Shown: piece after piece, positions 39,185 to 50,121 of the stretch
Layout: every line of letters starts with the position of its first letter
Numbering within the stretch: the first letter of the stretch is position 1
From: Planctomycetota bacterium
Lineage (GTDB): Bacteria > Planctomycetota > B15-G4
DNA length: 64,000 bases
Assembly: GCA_038212275.1 (NCBI GenBank)
Contig: JBBQUR010000019.1
Coordinates: forward strand, 1-64,000
Reading direction: 5' to 3'
Notes under the pieces: generated by a model
Seen by the model: the letters and a program-made list of their open reading frames with translations, nothing else
What the model was told of the DNA's origin: nothing
Database searches by the model: none
Position numbers and translations under genes: made by a program

Positions 39185-39903
39185 GCGCGGGCCGCTCCTT
39201 CCGCGAGATCCGACAGGGCTCCGCTCCGCGCGACCCGCTCCGGAAAGGCGCGCTTGAGCGCGGACGACGCCACGCAGACGTGGCCGAGCGGCGACCTGAA
39301 CAGGCGGAAGCGGCCGCGCGTCACGAAACCCAGGGCCGAGAGACCCTTGCGCGACACCGCTTTGCCGACATGCGCGTAGCCGACCAGCTCGGCCTTGCCG
39401 CTGCACGAGAGGTCATGCAGCACGTAGCGCATGCCGGCCTCGTAGAGCTTGCGGCCCCGGTGCTCGGGACTGGTGTAGGCCTTGTAGATGAAGACCTGGT
39501 CGTCGCGAAGCCTGCGCTTGAGGTGGCCGGGCACGTTGAGATGGCGCGGATTGACCCACATGCTGAAGACCGCGAGCTCGCGGCCGTTGCTCTCGCGGTG
39601 GAAGGCGATCACCACGCGATGACCGAGTTCCAGCCGGCGGCAACCCGACTCGCGCTGAAACTCGTCCAGTTCCGTGTGCTGTTCCTCGCAGGCGGCCAGC
39701 TCCTTCTGCGTGCCCCAGCCGAAGCGATAGCCCTCGGGGGCGGTGAAGCTGCGGTGCTCCGCTTCCACGCTGCGCACGAAGACGTCGAAGGTGTCCACGC
39801 CCGTTGAGCGGCGCAGGCGGCCCAGCGCGTGTCGCACGCCCAACCACCAGGCACCGGAGGCATGCTGCGTGGCGGTTTCCGTCGGCACTCGTCCGCTGCC
39901 CAT
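39181..39903 (-). CDS. GNAT family acetyltransferase
   Basis: IYKAYTSPEHRGRKLY acetyl-CoA binding motif; GF near the C-terminus; translationally coupled on both sides. Confidence 0.65.
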   Translation of the reverse strand: MGSGRVPTETATQHASGAWWLGVRHALGRLRRSTGVDTFDVFVRSVEAEHRSFTAPEGYRFGWGTQKELAACEEQHTELDEFQRESGCRRLELGHRVVIAFHRESNGRELAVFSMWVNPRHLNVPGHLKRRLRDDQVFIYKAYTSPEHRGRKLYEAGMRYVLHDLSCSGKAELVGYAHVGKAVSRKGLSALGFVTRGRFRLFRSPLGHVCVASSALKRAFPERVARSGALSDLAEGAARA

Positions 39904-42900
39904 CAGAGGCCGAGGTACAGCTGGGCCGTGGAACCGACGGTTCCGACACCGTTCGGCATGGAGGGGTCCATGACGACGTACGCGAAGTCGACGAAGAACT
40001 CGAGACCCAGGAAGCTCGGGCCGGGCGGAAGGTTGAGCGCGGTGATCGGCGCGCTCTGGCCGTTGAGGTCGAGCTTGCCGATGAAGCCCGGCATGATCGC
40101 CGTGTTCAGCATGAGCGGGAAGAGCGAGTCGATGTTGCAGGGCAGCACGCGCGTGTCGGGATCACCGAGGTTCGAGAGCGGCAGGCCCGGCACCTTGCCG
40201 GAGACCGTGGGCACGATCGCATACTTTCGGTTCGGATCGCCCGGGCTTACGAGGCTGAGCGCGATGCTGGCGCCGGCCTGCGCCGAGCCGTGCACGAGCA
40301 GCGGTGCGCGGGCGCCGCCCGTTCCGGGGACCAGCGGCGCGGGCGTTCCCGCGATGCCGTGCTCGTAGACGGCCCAGCCGTCGAGCACGTAGGCGCTGCA
40401 GCCCTGCGCACCGGCGAGGCCCGGAGTGCCCGGCGCGAGGGTCACGCCCTTGGGCGCGTCGTAACTGCCCGCCAGCAGCGTCGGCGCGCCGCCGTTGCGC
40501 GTCATGCGCAGCAGGCGCCCGGTCCGGCCCTCGGTCACGTAGAGTTCGCCGGCCGCATCGAAGGCCAGCCCGCCTTCGAGGTCGCCCTGCGACCAGCCGG
40601 TGAAGCTCTGGAAGGCGACGTGACCCGCCGCCACCGTCGCCGGTGCGACGTCCACGCGCAGGATCTCGCCGACCTTGTCGCCGGGCGCGCCCTGCTCGGT
40701 GAGCCACACCTCGGAGGTCAGCGGATCCATGGCGGGACGCAGGCCGCGGCTGGAGTGCGTGAGCAGTTGCAGCACGCCGGCGTCGAGTCGCAGCAGGCGG
40801 CCGTCGATCTTGCCTGCGGGGCGCTCGATGAGCAGCACGCGGCCGGCGCCGTCGAGGCACATGCCGCGCACGTCGGTCAGGGCGTTGGGCGCGTCGGCGT
40901 AGAGCAGCGTGACGGGATCTCCGGCGAGCGGGCCGACTTCCCAGAGGCGGCCGTCGCGCGCGGCCACCACGAGCCGGCCGCCGGGGCGCGCCGCGATGGC
41001 GATCAGGTCGCCCGCGAGGCCCTGCCCGGGGCCGGCGATTTCCGTCACGGCGCGCGTCGTCGGCTCGATGCGCAGCACGCGCGAGCCCGCGGTGGCCAGC
41101 AGCAGTCCCGTCCCGCCGGGCTCGGCGCACAAGGCGCGAGGCTCTCCCTGCGCGGGGCTGGCGAATCCGGCGCAGCGGCCGATGGGCGGCGCCAGCGGAT
41201 CGAGCAGGCCTGGCGCGGGCGCCGGCATGCCGCCGAGTTCCCAGAGGAAGTTGCGCTCGGCCACGTACAGGCTCCAGCCGGTGCTGCTGGGAGTCTGGCC
41301 CGTGCTCGCTGCGAGCGCGAGACCCGAGGGATGATTCACGTAGCTCGACCCGATGAGCACCTTCGTGCCGGTCACGCGGTCGTAGCGCAGCAGGCTCCAG
41401 TCATCTTCGCTGGCGGTGTAGAGGTTGCCGTAGGCGTCCGCGACGACATCGCCGTCGCCCCAGCTGCTGGCATTGGAGTAGTTGAGGCCGTTGAAGCCGG
41501 CGATCGGCTGCAGGCCCGCGGGAGTGGCGACATCGAGGCTGTCCACGGTGCCGACGAAGCCCGCCGCCTGCCACTGCGTGACGAGTGCGCGCGCGGTGAA
41601 GGGGTCGACGGCGAGGCCGCGCGTCTCCTTGGTCGTCGCAAGCGACGACACCGAGTTGCCTCCGGGGTCCAGCGCCCAGACCTTGCCGGCAGCAAAGCCC
41701 GTGATGTCGGCGAGCAGCGCGCGTCCCTGGCGCGTGAGCAGCAGGTCCTTGCCGGCGATCACCTGGTTGCCCGCGTCGGCGTACAGCGTCGTCGCCGCGA
41801 AGGGACTCTCGGTGAACGACTGCACCTCGCCGCCGTGCGTGAGCGTGACGACGGCGCCCTTGGCGTCGAGCGCGATGCCCTCGACGCTGCCGAGCAGCCC
41901 GCTTGCGGCGTTGAAGATCGTGGTGCTCGCCAGTCCGGGCAGCGTGATGCGTCGCACCGCGGGATTCAGGCCGAAATTGTCGCCGCCCACGAGCAGGTTG
42001 CCGCTGGCGTCGCGGGCCAGGTCGAAGACGTTCAGGCCGCTGAAGAACATGAGTTGCTTGCCGCGGTCGGGCACGGTGCCGAGATCGCTGCACACCGCGC
42101 CGGCCGGCGCGGGCACGTTGCCCCATTCGCGGATCTGCGTGGGGGCCTCGCCTTCCGCGAGGTAGGCGCTCCAGCCGCTTGCGCTGGCGACGCCGCCGCT
42201 CGAGGTGGCGATGCACACGCCGCGCAACGTCGTGGTCGCGCTGGCGAGCATGCTGGACAGCCCGGTCGCGCGCGTGTGCAGCCAGAGCTTGCTGCCCGCG
42301 ACATACAGCGCGTCGCCGTTCGTCAGCGCGGCGAGGTCGCCATCGAGCTTGGCCGCCGTGAAGCCCGGGTTGGCGCCGCTGCCGAGCAGGCTCGACGGGT
42401 GCGAGGCGTTGCTGGTGTCGACGCGCCGCAGCGCACCGCCGCCCGCTTCGTCGCTGAACAGCACGCCGGGGCCCAGAGGATCGGCGGCCAGGCCCAGCGG
42501 CTGGTGCGCCACGAGGTAGTACGCCCAGCGCTGCCCGTTCGCGCTGATGAAGTCGAGCGCGCGCACGCCGGTGGACGGCGTCTTGCTGGCGATCAGCAGC
42601 GTGCCGGCGGTGTCGACGATCAGGTCGGTCGGGTCGTCGACGAGGAAGCCGTCGGCGTAGATCTTCGTGGCGGCGCCTCCTGCGGCCGGGAGGCTGTACA
42701 GGTCACCCGAGTCGTCGAGCAGCACCAGCGCACCGGTGGGCGTCTGCACGAGCGCGCGCAGCGGCTTGGGAAATGGCGCCCCGAGGGCGGTGGCGAGCAC
42801 CGTGCGCGTCCCGGTGATCGCGAGGCGACCGACCTCGCCCTCCGCGGTGCAGTAGAGGAAGGACGCGCTCGTCGCGGCGTCCGGGGCCAGGTCCACCACG

Positions 42901-43028
42901 CGGCCGGGGATCGTGGTCAGTGTGCCCAGCGTCTGGGCGGCGCAAGGCTGCGTGAAGGCCGCAACGGACACCGTGACCAGCATCGCGGCGGCACATCGAA
43001 CGACGAGTGCGGACGGATTGCGAAACAC
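39903..43028 (-). CDS. Large secreted multi-beta-propeller (NHL/SGL-like repeats) protein
   Basis: Signal peptide; repeated P.GLA.D..G.L blades; start at GTG43028 is inferred. Confidence 0.75.
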   Translation of the reverse strand: MFRNPSALVVRCAAAMLVTVSVAAFTQPCAAQTLGTLTTIPGRVVDLAPDAATSASFLYCTAEGEVGRLAITGTRTVLATALGAPFPKPLRALVQTPTGALVLLDDSGDLYSLPAAGGAATKIYADGFLVDDPTDLIVDTAGTLLIASKTPSTGVRALDFISANGQRWAYYLVAHQPLGLAADPLGPGVLFSDEAGGGALRRVDTSNASHPSSLLGSGANPGFTAAKLDGDLAALTNGDALYVAGSKLWLHTRATGLSSMLASATTTLRGVCIATSSGGVASASGWSAYLAEGEAPTQIREWGNVPAPAGAVCSDLGTVPDRGKQLMFFSGLNVFDLARDASGNLLVGGDNFGLNPAVRRITLPGLASTTIFNAASGLLGSVEGIALDAKGAVVTLTHGGEVQSFTESPFAATTLYADAGNQVIAGKDLLLTRQGRALLADITGFAAGKVWALDPGGNSVSSLATTKETRGLAVDPFTARALVTQWQAAGFVGTVDSLDVATPAGLQPIAGFNGLNYSNASSWGDGDVVADAYGNLYTASEDDWSLLRYDRVTGTKVLIGSSYVNHPSGLALAASTGQTPSSTGWSLYVAERNFLWELGGMPAPAPGLLDPLAPPIGRCAGFASPAQGEPRALCAEPGGTGLLLATAGSRVLRIEPTTRAVTEIAGPGQGLAGDLIAIAARPGGRLVVAARDGRLWEVGPLAGDPVTLLYADAPNALTDVRGMCLDGAGRVLLIERPAGKIDGRLLRLDAGVLQLLTHSSRGLRPAMDPLTSEVWLTEQGAPGDKVGEILRVDVAPATVAAGHVAFQSFTGWSQGDLEGGLAFDAAGELYVTEGRTGRLLRMTRNGGAPTLLAGSYDAPKGVTLAPGTPGLAGAQGCSAYVLDGWAVYEHGIAGTPAPLVPGTGGARAPLLVHGSAQAGASIALSLVSPGDPNRKYAIVPTVSGKVPGLPLSNLGDPDTRVLPCNIDSLFPLMLNTAIMPGFIGKLDLNGQSAPITALNLPPGPSFLGLEFFVDFAYVVMDPSMPNGVGTVGSTAQLYLGL

Positions 43029-43201
43029 GTTGGGTCGGGGCTCTTCTGGGCGCGGGCGGAAGCGGATCGAGTCTACAGTCCGCTGGTATTCTCGGCTATT
43101 TCGCCTGTCCGACTGCTGCACACTTGGCGCGGCCGCGTCACCGCCCCGACGTGCAGGCAGCCACGGGGCGGCTCACGGAGCGCCTGCGGATCCGGCGCCG
43201 G

Positions 43202-45109
43202 TCAGGGCAGGACAGCCTTCAGGCCGTTGGATCCCGCAGGACCGTTCGGCCCGCCGGCGTTCGGGAACCACGCCTGGAACCACACATTGAGCCCCGAGGG
43301 CAGGCCTGCAGGCCACGGCACGACGAAGCCGAGCTTGCCGGTCGGGTCGGTGACGATGTCGAGCAGGAAAGACGGCGTCGGGACGAGCGTGCCACCCTTG
43401 AACGGGGAGTTGATGGCGCTGAGGCCGAGGATGAGCGTCCCGGGTGCGCTCAGCGGGGCGCCGTCCAGCGTGATCGACGTCGGAGCGGCGGGGAGCAGCG
43501 TGCCTTCGCCGTTGAGCGTGATCGGGCCGAGGGTGCCATCGACACCGCCGCCGACCATCGTCCAGCGCGTGGAGATGGTGAGGTTCTGATCCACGGCCAC
43601 GTTCTTCAGCGTCGTCGTGGTTCCGTCGTTCCACTCGACGGTGAGGCTGTCGATCAGCGTCTCGGCGCCGAGGCCGAAGTGGACCTTCAGCTCGCTGGAG
43701 CTCTGGTCGTTGTCGCCGCCGAAGAGGAAGCCTGTCTGGGTGATGCCTCCGGCGGTCAGGCGCACGGTCGAGCCGTAGCCGTGCTGCGCGAGGCCTGCGT
43801 CCGCGTCCGTGTCCAGCGCGACGCGGAGCCAGTGCTTGTTGGGGCCGGAGAGATCATTGCGCCAGAGTTGCGCCTTCTCGTTGTTGGCGAACACGATGAG
43901 GTCCTGGTCGCCGTCGTTGTCGTAGTCGAAGTTCACCAGGCCGCGGCCCTGGCCGAGGTGATTGAAGCCGGCGGCCACGGAGCTCTCCGTGAAGCTTCCG
44001 TTGCCCTGGTTCAGCCAGAGCCTGGAGCGCTCGTTCACCCACTCGTTGTCCCACTGAGCGCCGTTCGTTTCCGCGATGTCCAGCCAGCGGTCGTGGTTGA
44101 AATCCACAGCCACCGAGCCCCAGCCGTATCCACCGTCGTTCACGCCGGCCGCGGCGGCGATCTGGCTGTAGGTGTGCGTTCCGTTGTTCTGGTAGAGCTT
44201 GTTGCCCGTCCACGTGGGCTGAACGATGACGGAGTGGATCGAGTCCACGTACCAGTCGGGCAGGCCGTCGCGGTTCCAGTCGCCGACGCTGCCACCCATG
44301 CCGTTCTCGTCCTTGCCCGTGCCGGACTGCAGCGTGTAGTTGGTGAAGGTCCCGTTGCCGTTGTTGCGCAAGTACTTGCTCGTCCCGAAGTCGCCTGAGA
44401 TGAGCAGCTCCGGATATTTGTCGCCGTTCATGTCGGCGAAGCGCGTCGCGAAGCCGAAGACGCCTGCCACGAAGCCGACGAGGTTGGAGGACGAGGTGGC
44501 GTCCGTGAACGTGCCGTCATTGTTGTTTCGGTACAGCCGGTTCTTGTGGGAGTTGAAGCCCGTGACGAACAGGTCGAGGTCGCCGTCGAGGTCGTAGTCG
44601 CCGAAGCAGCAACCGAAGGAGTCCACCGCCGTGCCCGGGACGCCGGCTGCAGCCGCCATGTCCACGAAGCCCGTGCCGGCAAGATTTCGATAGAGCTTGT
44701 TCTGGCCGGCCTGTCCGGCGCCACTCGCGCCCGCGCTGCCGACGTAGACGTCCAGCCAGCCGTCGCCGTCGTAGTCGCCCACCGCGATGGACGTCCCGCG
44801 ATGCACCGTCGTGAGGCCCCAGGCGGCGCCGCTCTCGGCAAAGGTGCCGTCACCATTGTTGATGTACAGGCGGTCCGCGCCATTGGCCCCGCCGCCGCTG
44901 AGGATGAAGAGGTCCTCGAAGCCGTCGCGATTGAAGTCGCCGCTCGCGCCCGCAGCCATGTACTCGGACGAGATGAAGGTCCCGGGGAGATACTTCACGT
45001 CGATGCCGGCGGCGAGCGTCTGGTTCGAGAAGCTGAGCGTCGGGGACTGTGCAGATGCCGATCCGGCCAGGCCCGCAGACAGAAGGGCGACAACAACGGA
45101 GGTACGCAT
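43202..45109 (-). CDS. CRTAC1-like protein (FG-GAP repeats + ASPIC/UnbV domain)
   Basis: GDYDGDGWLD repeats, RLYRNN.DGTF, ENGMG, VHFGLG...VEWNDG; GGAG RBS; signal ASA-Q. Confidence 0.9.
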   Translation of the reverse strand: MRTSVVVALLSAGLAGSASAQSPTLSFSNQTLAAGIDVKYLPGTFISSEYMAAGASGDFNRDGFEDLFILSGGGANGADRLYINNGDGTFAESGAAWGLTTVHRGTSIAVGDYDGDGWLDVYVGSAGASGAGQAGQNKLYRNLAGTGFVDMAAAAGVPGTAVDSFGCCFGDYDLDGDLDLFVTGFNSHKNRLYRNNNDGTFTDATSSSNLVGFVAGVFGFATRFADMNGDKYPELLISGDFGTSKYLRNNGNGTFTNYTLQSGTGKDENGMGGSVGDWNRDGLPDWYVDSIHSVIVQPTWTGNKLYQNNGTHTYSQIAAAAGVNDGGYGWGSVAVDFNHDRWLDIAETNGAQWDNEWVNERSRLWLNQGNGSFTESSVAAGFNHLGQGRGLVNFDYDNDGDQDLIVFANNEKAQLWRNDLSGPNKHWLRVALDTDADAGLAQHGYGSTVRLTAGGITQTGFLFGGDNDQSSSELKVHFGLGAETLIDSLTVEWNDGTTTTLKNVAVDQNLTISTRWTMVGGGVDGTLGPITLNGEGTLLPAAPTSITLDGAPLSAPGTLILGLSAINSPFKGGTLVPTPSFLLDIVTDPTGKLGFVVPWPAGLPSGLNVWFQAWFPNAGGPNGPAGSNGLKAVLP

Positions 45110-45331
45110 GAAACAGCTCCATCTGGGCTGAGATACAGGGGCAACAGGACCACGGGGGAGGCGCGACAGCTTAGCACCGATTGCAAAGCGCAGCCGCGTG
45201 TCCGTGGTTTGAATCAAACCGACCGTTCTTTCATTCGCGATCGATGCCGCGGTCCACGACGGTTCGCGACGATTCATGAATCAGCGCGAATCAGCGCGCG
45301 CGACAGGTTTCGACTTCGACGTGGCCGTGCT

Positions 45332-45736
45332 TCACGCCGCAGCCGGTTCGCCGGCGGCGGCGCGGAAGTCCGCGGGAATCGGTGTCGACCCTCTCTCGTC
45401 GTGGAAGACCATGACGGTGAGAGCCTCGGCACAGAGCGCATCGCCCCGCTGCATCCGCTGTCGGAAGCGCACGCTGCTGCGCCCGAAGCCGACCACGGCC
45501 GTTTGCACGGTGACCGTGTCGCCAAGCTGAACCGAGAGTCGGAAGTCCACCTCCGTGCGGGCCACCACGAACCACTGCCTGCGATCCGCGAAACCGTCGT
45601 AGGAGAAACCCAGCGAAATCAGCCACTCGAGGCGCGCCTGCTCGAACCAGCCCAGGTACACGCCGTTGTTCAGGTGGCGGTAGCTGTCCAGCTCGTAGCT
45701 GCGCGAGGTGAAGTTCGAATCATGGACGTGTGACAT
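45332..45736 (-). CDS. Acyl-CoA thioesterase (4HBT/YbgC hot-dog fold)
   Basis: RSYELDSYRHLNNGVYLGWFEQAR. Confidence 0.88.
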   Translation of the reverse strand: MSHVHDSNFTSRSYELDSYRHLNNGVYLGWFEQARLEWLISLGFSYDGFADRRQWFVVARTEVDFRLSVQLGDTVTVQTAVVGFGRSSVRFRQRMQRGDALCAEALTVMVFHDERGSTPIPADFRAAAGEPAAA

Positions 45737-45809
45737 GTGCGGCGGATTGTAGCGGCCGGCTGGACTCGCGTATCGTCTCCGGCCCGTCGCACCGGAGGAC
45801 AGACCCGCC

Positions 45810-46364
45810 GTGAAATTTCTGCAGACAGCTCTGCCAGGCGTCCTGCTCGTCGAGCCCGACGTGTGGCGCGACGAGCGCGGCTTCTTTCTCGAGAGCTACC
45901 ACGCGGGCAAGTATCGCGACGGCGGGATCCCGCTGCCGTTCGTTCAGGACAACCACAGCCGCAGCGCGCGCGGCACTCTGCGGGGCCTGCATGCGCAGTG
46001 GCGCAAGCCGCAGGGCAAGCTCGTGCGCGTGCTGCAGGGCGAGATCTTCGACGTGGCCGTAGACGTGAAGCCGGGCTCTCCGACTTTCGGCCAGTGGGTA
46101 GGTGCGACGCTCAACTCCGAAAACCACCTGCAGATCTGGGTTCCGGCCGGACACCTTCACGGCTTCTGCGTGCTGAGCGAGACCGCCGAGGTCGAGTACA
46201 AGTGCACGGACGTCTACGATCCGGGCGGCGAGGTCGGCGTCGCGTGGAGCGACCCCGACATCGGCATCGAGTGGCCCGTGCGCACGCCGGTCCTCTCCGG
46301 CAAGGACGCCGCTGCTCCACTGTTGAAGGACGTTGCTTCGCTGCTCGAGAATTTCCGCTGCTGA
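45810..46364 (+). CDS. rfbC: dTDP-4-dehydrorhamnose 3,5-epimerase
   Basis: DERGFFLES, FVQDNHSRS, LRGLH, QGKLVRV, DVAVD, HGF, YKC; GGAGG RBS. Confidence 0.95.
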   Translation: MKFLQTALPGVLLVEPDVWRDERGFFLESYHAGKYRDGGIPLPFVQDNHSRSARGTLRGLHAQWRKPQGKLVRVLQGEIFDVAVDVKPGSPTFGQWVGATLNSENHLQIWVPAGHLHGFCVLSETAEVEYKCTDVYDPGGEVGVAWSDPDIGIEWPVRTPVLSGKDAAAPLLKDVASLLENFRC

Positions 46365-46457
46365 GCCGCTGAACGCCGAGCCGCTGAAGCGTCGGCTGCG
46401 CAGGGCGCGGCACGACCGCCGCTGCGGGTCACGCTGACATCCGCAAGGAGTCTCGCC

Positions 46458-47396
46458 ATGGAAGGCATCCATCGCTTCGACGATCGCGTCGAGGACTACG
46501 AGCGCTACCGGCCGGGATATCCGGACGCTGTGGCGGGCGTGCTGGCTGCCCGCGGCGTGGGAAATCCTGCCGACGTGGCCGACATCGGCGCGGGGACCGG
46601 CAAGCTGGCCGAGGTCTTCGTGCGCGCCGGCCACCGCGTCACGCTCATCGAACCCAACGACGCCATGCGCGCCGTCGCCGAGCGGCACTTCGCCGCGCCT
46701 CGGGGCGAAGTGCCCGGCAACGCGCACGATGAGTTGCACGATGAGTTGCACGATGAGTTGCGCAGTGAGTTGCGCGGTGAGTTGCGCGGTGAGTTGCGCG
46801 GTGAGTTGCGCAGTGAGGCGCGCGGCGAAGTGCGCCGTGAGGTGCGCGGCGAGGTGCGCGGCGGTGATCGCGCCGTATCGCGCACGGTGAAGCGCGCCGT
46901 GGTGCGGGCCGGCACGGCCGAGGCCACCGGCCTGCCGGACCGCAGCGTGGACGCGATCACCGCAGGACAGGCCTTCCACTGGTTCGATCGGCCGGCGAGC
47001 CGCCGCGAGTGGCTCCGCATCCTGCGCCCTGGCGGCGCGGTGCTGCTCATCTGGAACGAGCGGCGCACGGAGGGCAGCGGCGTGCTGGTGGACTACGAAG
47101 AGCTGCTCTGCAAGCACTGCCCCGAGTACGCGGAGGTGCAGCGCAACGGGCCGGGCGAGTCCGGCGTGCGCGCCTTCCTCGGCCCGTCCGCCGCGCTGAC
47201 AGGCTTTCCCAACGAGCAGGTGCTCGACTGGCAGAGCCTGCTCGGCCGCGCGATGTCCGCGTCGTACGTGCCGAAGAGGGGGCCGGCGCACGACGACTTC
47301 GTCGCGGGACTGAGGCGGTCCTTCGAACGCCATGCGGTCGCGGACCGCGTGCACCTGCTCTACGACACGCGCGTCTTCCACGGCACGCTCGACTGA
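46458..47396 (+). CDS. Class I SAM-dependent methyltransferase with an internal repeat insertion
   Basis: YERYRPGYP, ADIGAGTGK, IEPNDAM, GQAFHWFD, RILRPGG. Confidence 0.9.
   Translation: MEGIHRFDDRVEDYERYRPGYPDAVAGVLAARGVGNPADVADIGAGTGKLAEVFVRAGHRVTLIEPNDAMRAVAERHFAAPRGEVPGNAHDELHDELHDELRSELRGELRGELRGELRSEARGEVRREVRGEVRGGDRAVSRTVKRAVVRAGTAEATGLPDRSVDAITAGQAFHWFDRPASRREWLRILRPGGAVLLIWNERRTEGSGVLVDYEELLCKHCPEYAEVQRNGPGESGVRAFLGPSAALTGFPNEQVLDWQSLLGRAMSASYVPKRGPAHDDFVAGLRRSFERHAVADRVHLLYDTRVFHGTLD
46725..46862 (+). repeat. 12-bp in-frame tandem repeat (~11 copies; HDEL/RSEL/RGEL/RGEV)
   Basis: CACGATGAGTTG x3 grading into CGCGGTGAGTTG and CGCGGCGAGGTG. Confidence 0.95.
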
Positions 47397-47402
47397 GCGC
47401 CC

Positions 47403-49961
47403 TCAGCTCCTGCGCGGCCGCGGCTTGACCGCGAGGTACTGGTCCGGCCACGGCTGGCTGTCCACGCCGTACTGCGCGGCGGCATCGAGCGTGAGATACG
47501 GATGCGAGAGGTGCGCGCGGGCAATCGCGCAAAGGTCCGCGCGGCCGGCGGCGAGCACAGTGTTCGCATGGTCCGCGCCCTGGATCGCGCCGACGGCCAT
47601 CACCGCGAGGCCCGGCACTTCGTGGCGGATCCGGTCCGCGAACGGCACCTGGTACATGCGGCCGTACTCGATGACGCTTTCGGGCGAGTTGCCGCCCGAC
47701 GAGACGTCGATGAGGTCGCAGCCGTGCTCGTGCAGCGCGCGCGCGATCACGACCGCGTCGTCGGCGGTGAGGCCCACGTCGTGGCCGGCCTTGTCCTTCC
47801 AGTCCGAGGCCGAGATGCGCACGGCCAGCGGCTTGTCGGCGGGCCACGCGGCGCGCACCGCGTCGAAGACCTCGAGCGGGAAGCGCAGGCGCTTGTCGAG
47901 GCTGCCGCCGTAGTCGTCGGTGCGCCTGTTGCTCGCGGGCGAGAGGAAGCTCGAGAGCAGGTAGCCGTGCGCCATGTGCAGCTCGATGAGATCGAAGCCC
48001 GCGGCCAGCGAGAGGCGCGTGCTGGCGACGAAGCCGTCGCGCACGCGGTCCATGTCGGCGCGATTCATTTCCTGCGGCGGCGGATCGCCCGGCTCGAACG
48101 GCAGCGCCGACGGGCCGATGGTCTGCCACGCGCGGCTGTCGCGCAGGGGCGCACCGCCCTCCCAGCTGAGGTGGCAGCTGCCCTTGCGGCCCGCGTGCGC
48201 GAGTTGCACGCCGATGCGACTGGCCGAGTGCTCGTGCACGAAGGCCGTGATGCGAGCCCAGGCTGCGCGCTGCTCCTCGTTCCACAGGCCCGCGCAGCCG
48301 GGCGAGATGCGCCCGTCGGCGGAGATGTTGGTCATCTCCGAGATGACGAGGCCTGCGCCGCCCACGGCGCGACTGCCGAGGTGCACCAGGTGCCAGTCGG
48401 TCGGCACGCCCTGCACGGCCGAATACTGGCACATCGGCGAGACGACGATGCGATTGCCGAGCGCCAGGCCGCGCAGCCGGAAGGGCGCGAACATCGGCGG
48501 CGGCACCGGGCCGTCGGCAGCCGGCGCCGTCGGCACCCGCAACGCCGCAGCGGCGCGCACCGTGGCGTGGCCGGAGTCCGAGCCGCCCGCGGTGGCAGCG
48601 GGCGCCGGTGCGAAGCGCTGCGCGTCCTTCCAGAACCAGTTCGCGACCGCGGCGACGAGCGCCGGGTCCCGCAGCGCAAGATTGTCGAAGGTGATGCGCT
48701 TGCTGCGCGTCATGAGGTTGAAGGTGAATTGCAGTGGGTTCTGATCGATGTAGCGCGCGGAGTTCTCGAACCACTCGAGCGAGGTCTGCGCGGCCTTCTG
48801 CACCTTCAGCACGTCGAGCCGGCGCGCGCTCTCGTACGCGGCGAGGATCTCCGGCACGTCGGCCGCCGCGGGCGCCGCGAACTGCGCGGACGCAGCCGCC
48901 GTGCCCGGCGCACCCGGCGCACACGCGGCAAGCGGCGCGCCGCCCGCGCCAGCAGCACCAGCTGCGCCAGCTGCGCCAGTTGCGCCAGTTGCACCAGCAG
49001 CACCAGCAGCGCCAGCAGCGCCAGCAGGACTGCCCCCACCGACGGCGCCACCCGCGCCGGCATGCCCGCGGAAGGCGTCGAGCAGCGCGATCGCGTCTTC
49101 CATCGCGAGCTTGGTGCCCGAGCCGATGGAGAAGTGGGCGGTGTGCGCCGCGTCGCCCACGAGCACCATGTTGCGGTGGTGCCAGGTGGCGTTGGTGACC
49201 GTGGGGAAGGCGCGCCAGATCGAGCGGTTGGCGAGCAGCTTGTGGCCGCCGAGGTCCTGCGCGAAGAGCCGTTCGCAATAGGCGATCGTCTCGGCTTCGC
49301 TGGCGGCATCGAGGCCTGCGCGCCGCCAGGTGTCCTCATGGCATTCGACGATGAAGGTGCTGAGGTCCTTCTGGAAAGGATAGGCGTGCACCTGGAAGAG
49401 CCCGTGCTCGCTCTCCCGGAAGATGAAGGTGAAAGCCGAGAGCGGCTTGTCCGTGCCCAGCCAGCAGAAGCGCGCGCTGCGCCAGTCGATCGTCGGGCGG
49501 AAATGCTCGACGAACTCGGTGCGCAGCAGACTGTTGAGGCCGTCGGCTGCGAGCACGAGGTCGGCGCCCGCCACGTCGGACGCGCTGCGGATCTCGCGCT
49601 GGAAGTGCAGTCGGACGCCCAGGTCCGTGCAGCGCTTCTGGAAGATCTGCAGCAGCTTCTTGCGCGACAGGCCGCAGAAGCCGTGGCCGGTGGAGCGCAC
49701 GCAGGTGCCGCCGTACCAGGTCTCGATGTCGCCCCACGTGGCGAGGTGACGGCGGATCTCGGCGAAGCTCTCCGGATCGGCGCGCTCGAAGTTCCCCAGC
49801 GTCTCGTCGCTGAACACGACGCCCCAGCCGAAGGTGTCGTCCGGCGCGTTGCGCTCGAAGACGTCGATCTCGACGCCGGGAAAGGCCTGCTTCATGAGCA
49901 GACTGAAGTAGAGGCCGGAGGGGCCGCCGCCGGCGGACACGATGGAAAAGGGCTTGGTCAC
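47403..49961 (-). CDS. Bifunctional salicylyl-CoA 5-hydroxylase / anthraniloyl-CoA monooxygenase-reductase (FAD monooxygenase + OYE domain)
   Basis: [41 protein letters not shown]; then [30 protein letters not shown]. Confidence 0.9.
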   Translation of the reverse strand: MTKPFSIVSAGGGPSGLYFSLLMKQAFPGVEIDVFERNAPDDTFGWGVVFSDETLGNFERADPESFAEIRRHLATWGDIETWYGGTCVRSTGHGFCGLSRKKLLQIFQKRCTDLGVRLHFQREIRSASDVAGADLVLAADGLNSLLRTEFVEHFRPTIDWRSARFCWLGTDKPLSAFTFIFRESEHGLFQVHAYPFQKDLSTFIVECHEDTWRRAGLDAASEAETIAYCERLFAQDLGGHKLLANRSIWRAFPTVTNATWHHRNMVLVGDAAHTAHFSIGSGTKLAMEDAIALLDAFRGHAGAGGAVGGGSPAGAAGAAGAAGATGATGAAGAAGAAGAGGAPLAACAPGAPGTAAASAQFAAPAAADVPEILAAYESARRLDVLKVQKAAQTSLEWFENSARYIDQNPLQFTFNLMTRSKRITFDNLALRDPALVAAVANWFWKDAQRFAPAPAATAGGSDSGHATVRAAAALRVPTAPAADGPVPPPMFAPFRLRGLALGNRIVVSPMCQYSAVQGVPTDWHLVHLGSRAVGGAGLVISEMTNISADGRISPGCAGLWNEEQRAAWARITAFVHEHSASRIGVQLAHAGRKGSCHLSWEGGAPLRDSRAWQTIGPSALPFEPGDPPPQEMNRADMDRVRDGFVASTRLSLAAGFDLIELHMAHGYLLSSFLSPASNRRTDDYGGSLDKRLRFPLEVFDAVRAAWPADKPLAVRISASDWKDKAGHDVGLTADDAVVIARALHEHGCDLIDVSSGGNSPESVIEYGRMYQVPFADRIRHEVPGLAVMAVGAIQGADHANTVLAAGRADLCAIARAHLSHPYLTLDAAAQYGVDSQPWPDQYLAVKPRPRRS
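48946..49027. repeat. 9-bp in-frame tandem repeat (AGA/TGA tripeptides) inserted in the monooxygenase
   Basis: GC(G/A)CCAG(C/T)(A/T) units, ~9 copies. Confidence 0.85.
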
Positions 49962-50121
49962 GGCGGCAGATGTTACCCAAGGCACGCGCGGATCCCGTCG
50001 CGACTCCGCCGCCGCGCCGCCCTGCTGTCCCGCTGCCGCCGTGCCGATGTCCGCGCGGCGGCATTCCCCCCGGCGGAAAGTCAGGTGCGCCCGGGCGCGG
50101 CCGGGGGAATAATGTGGCTCC

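Noticed and set aside
39804..43589. 1261-aa + strand ORF
   Set aside because: Antisense shadow of the - strand propeller and CRTAC1 genes; Arg/Ala-rich with no recognisable domain.
46725..46862. Repeat arrays (also 9201-9300 and 62972-63055) as CRISPR
   Set aside because: Units are 12-15 bp, contiguous, have no unique spacers, are in frame within CDSs, and no cas genes are present.
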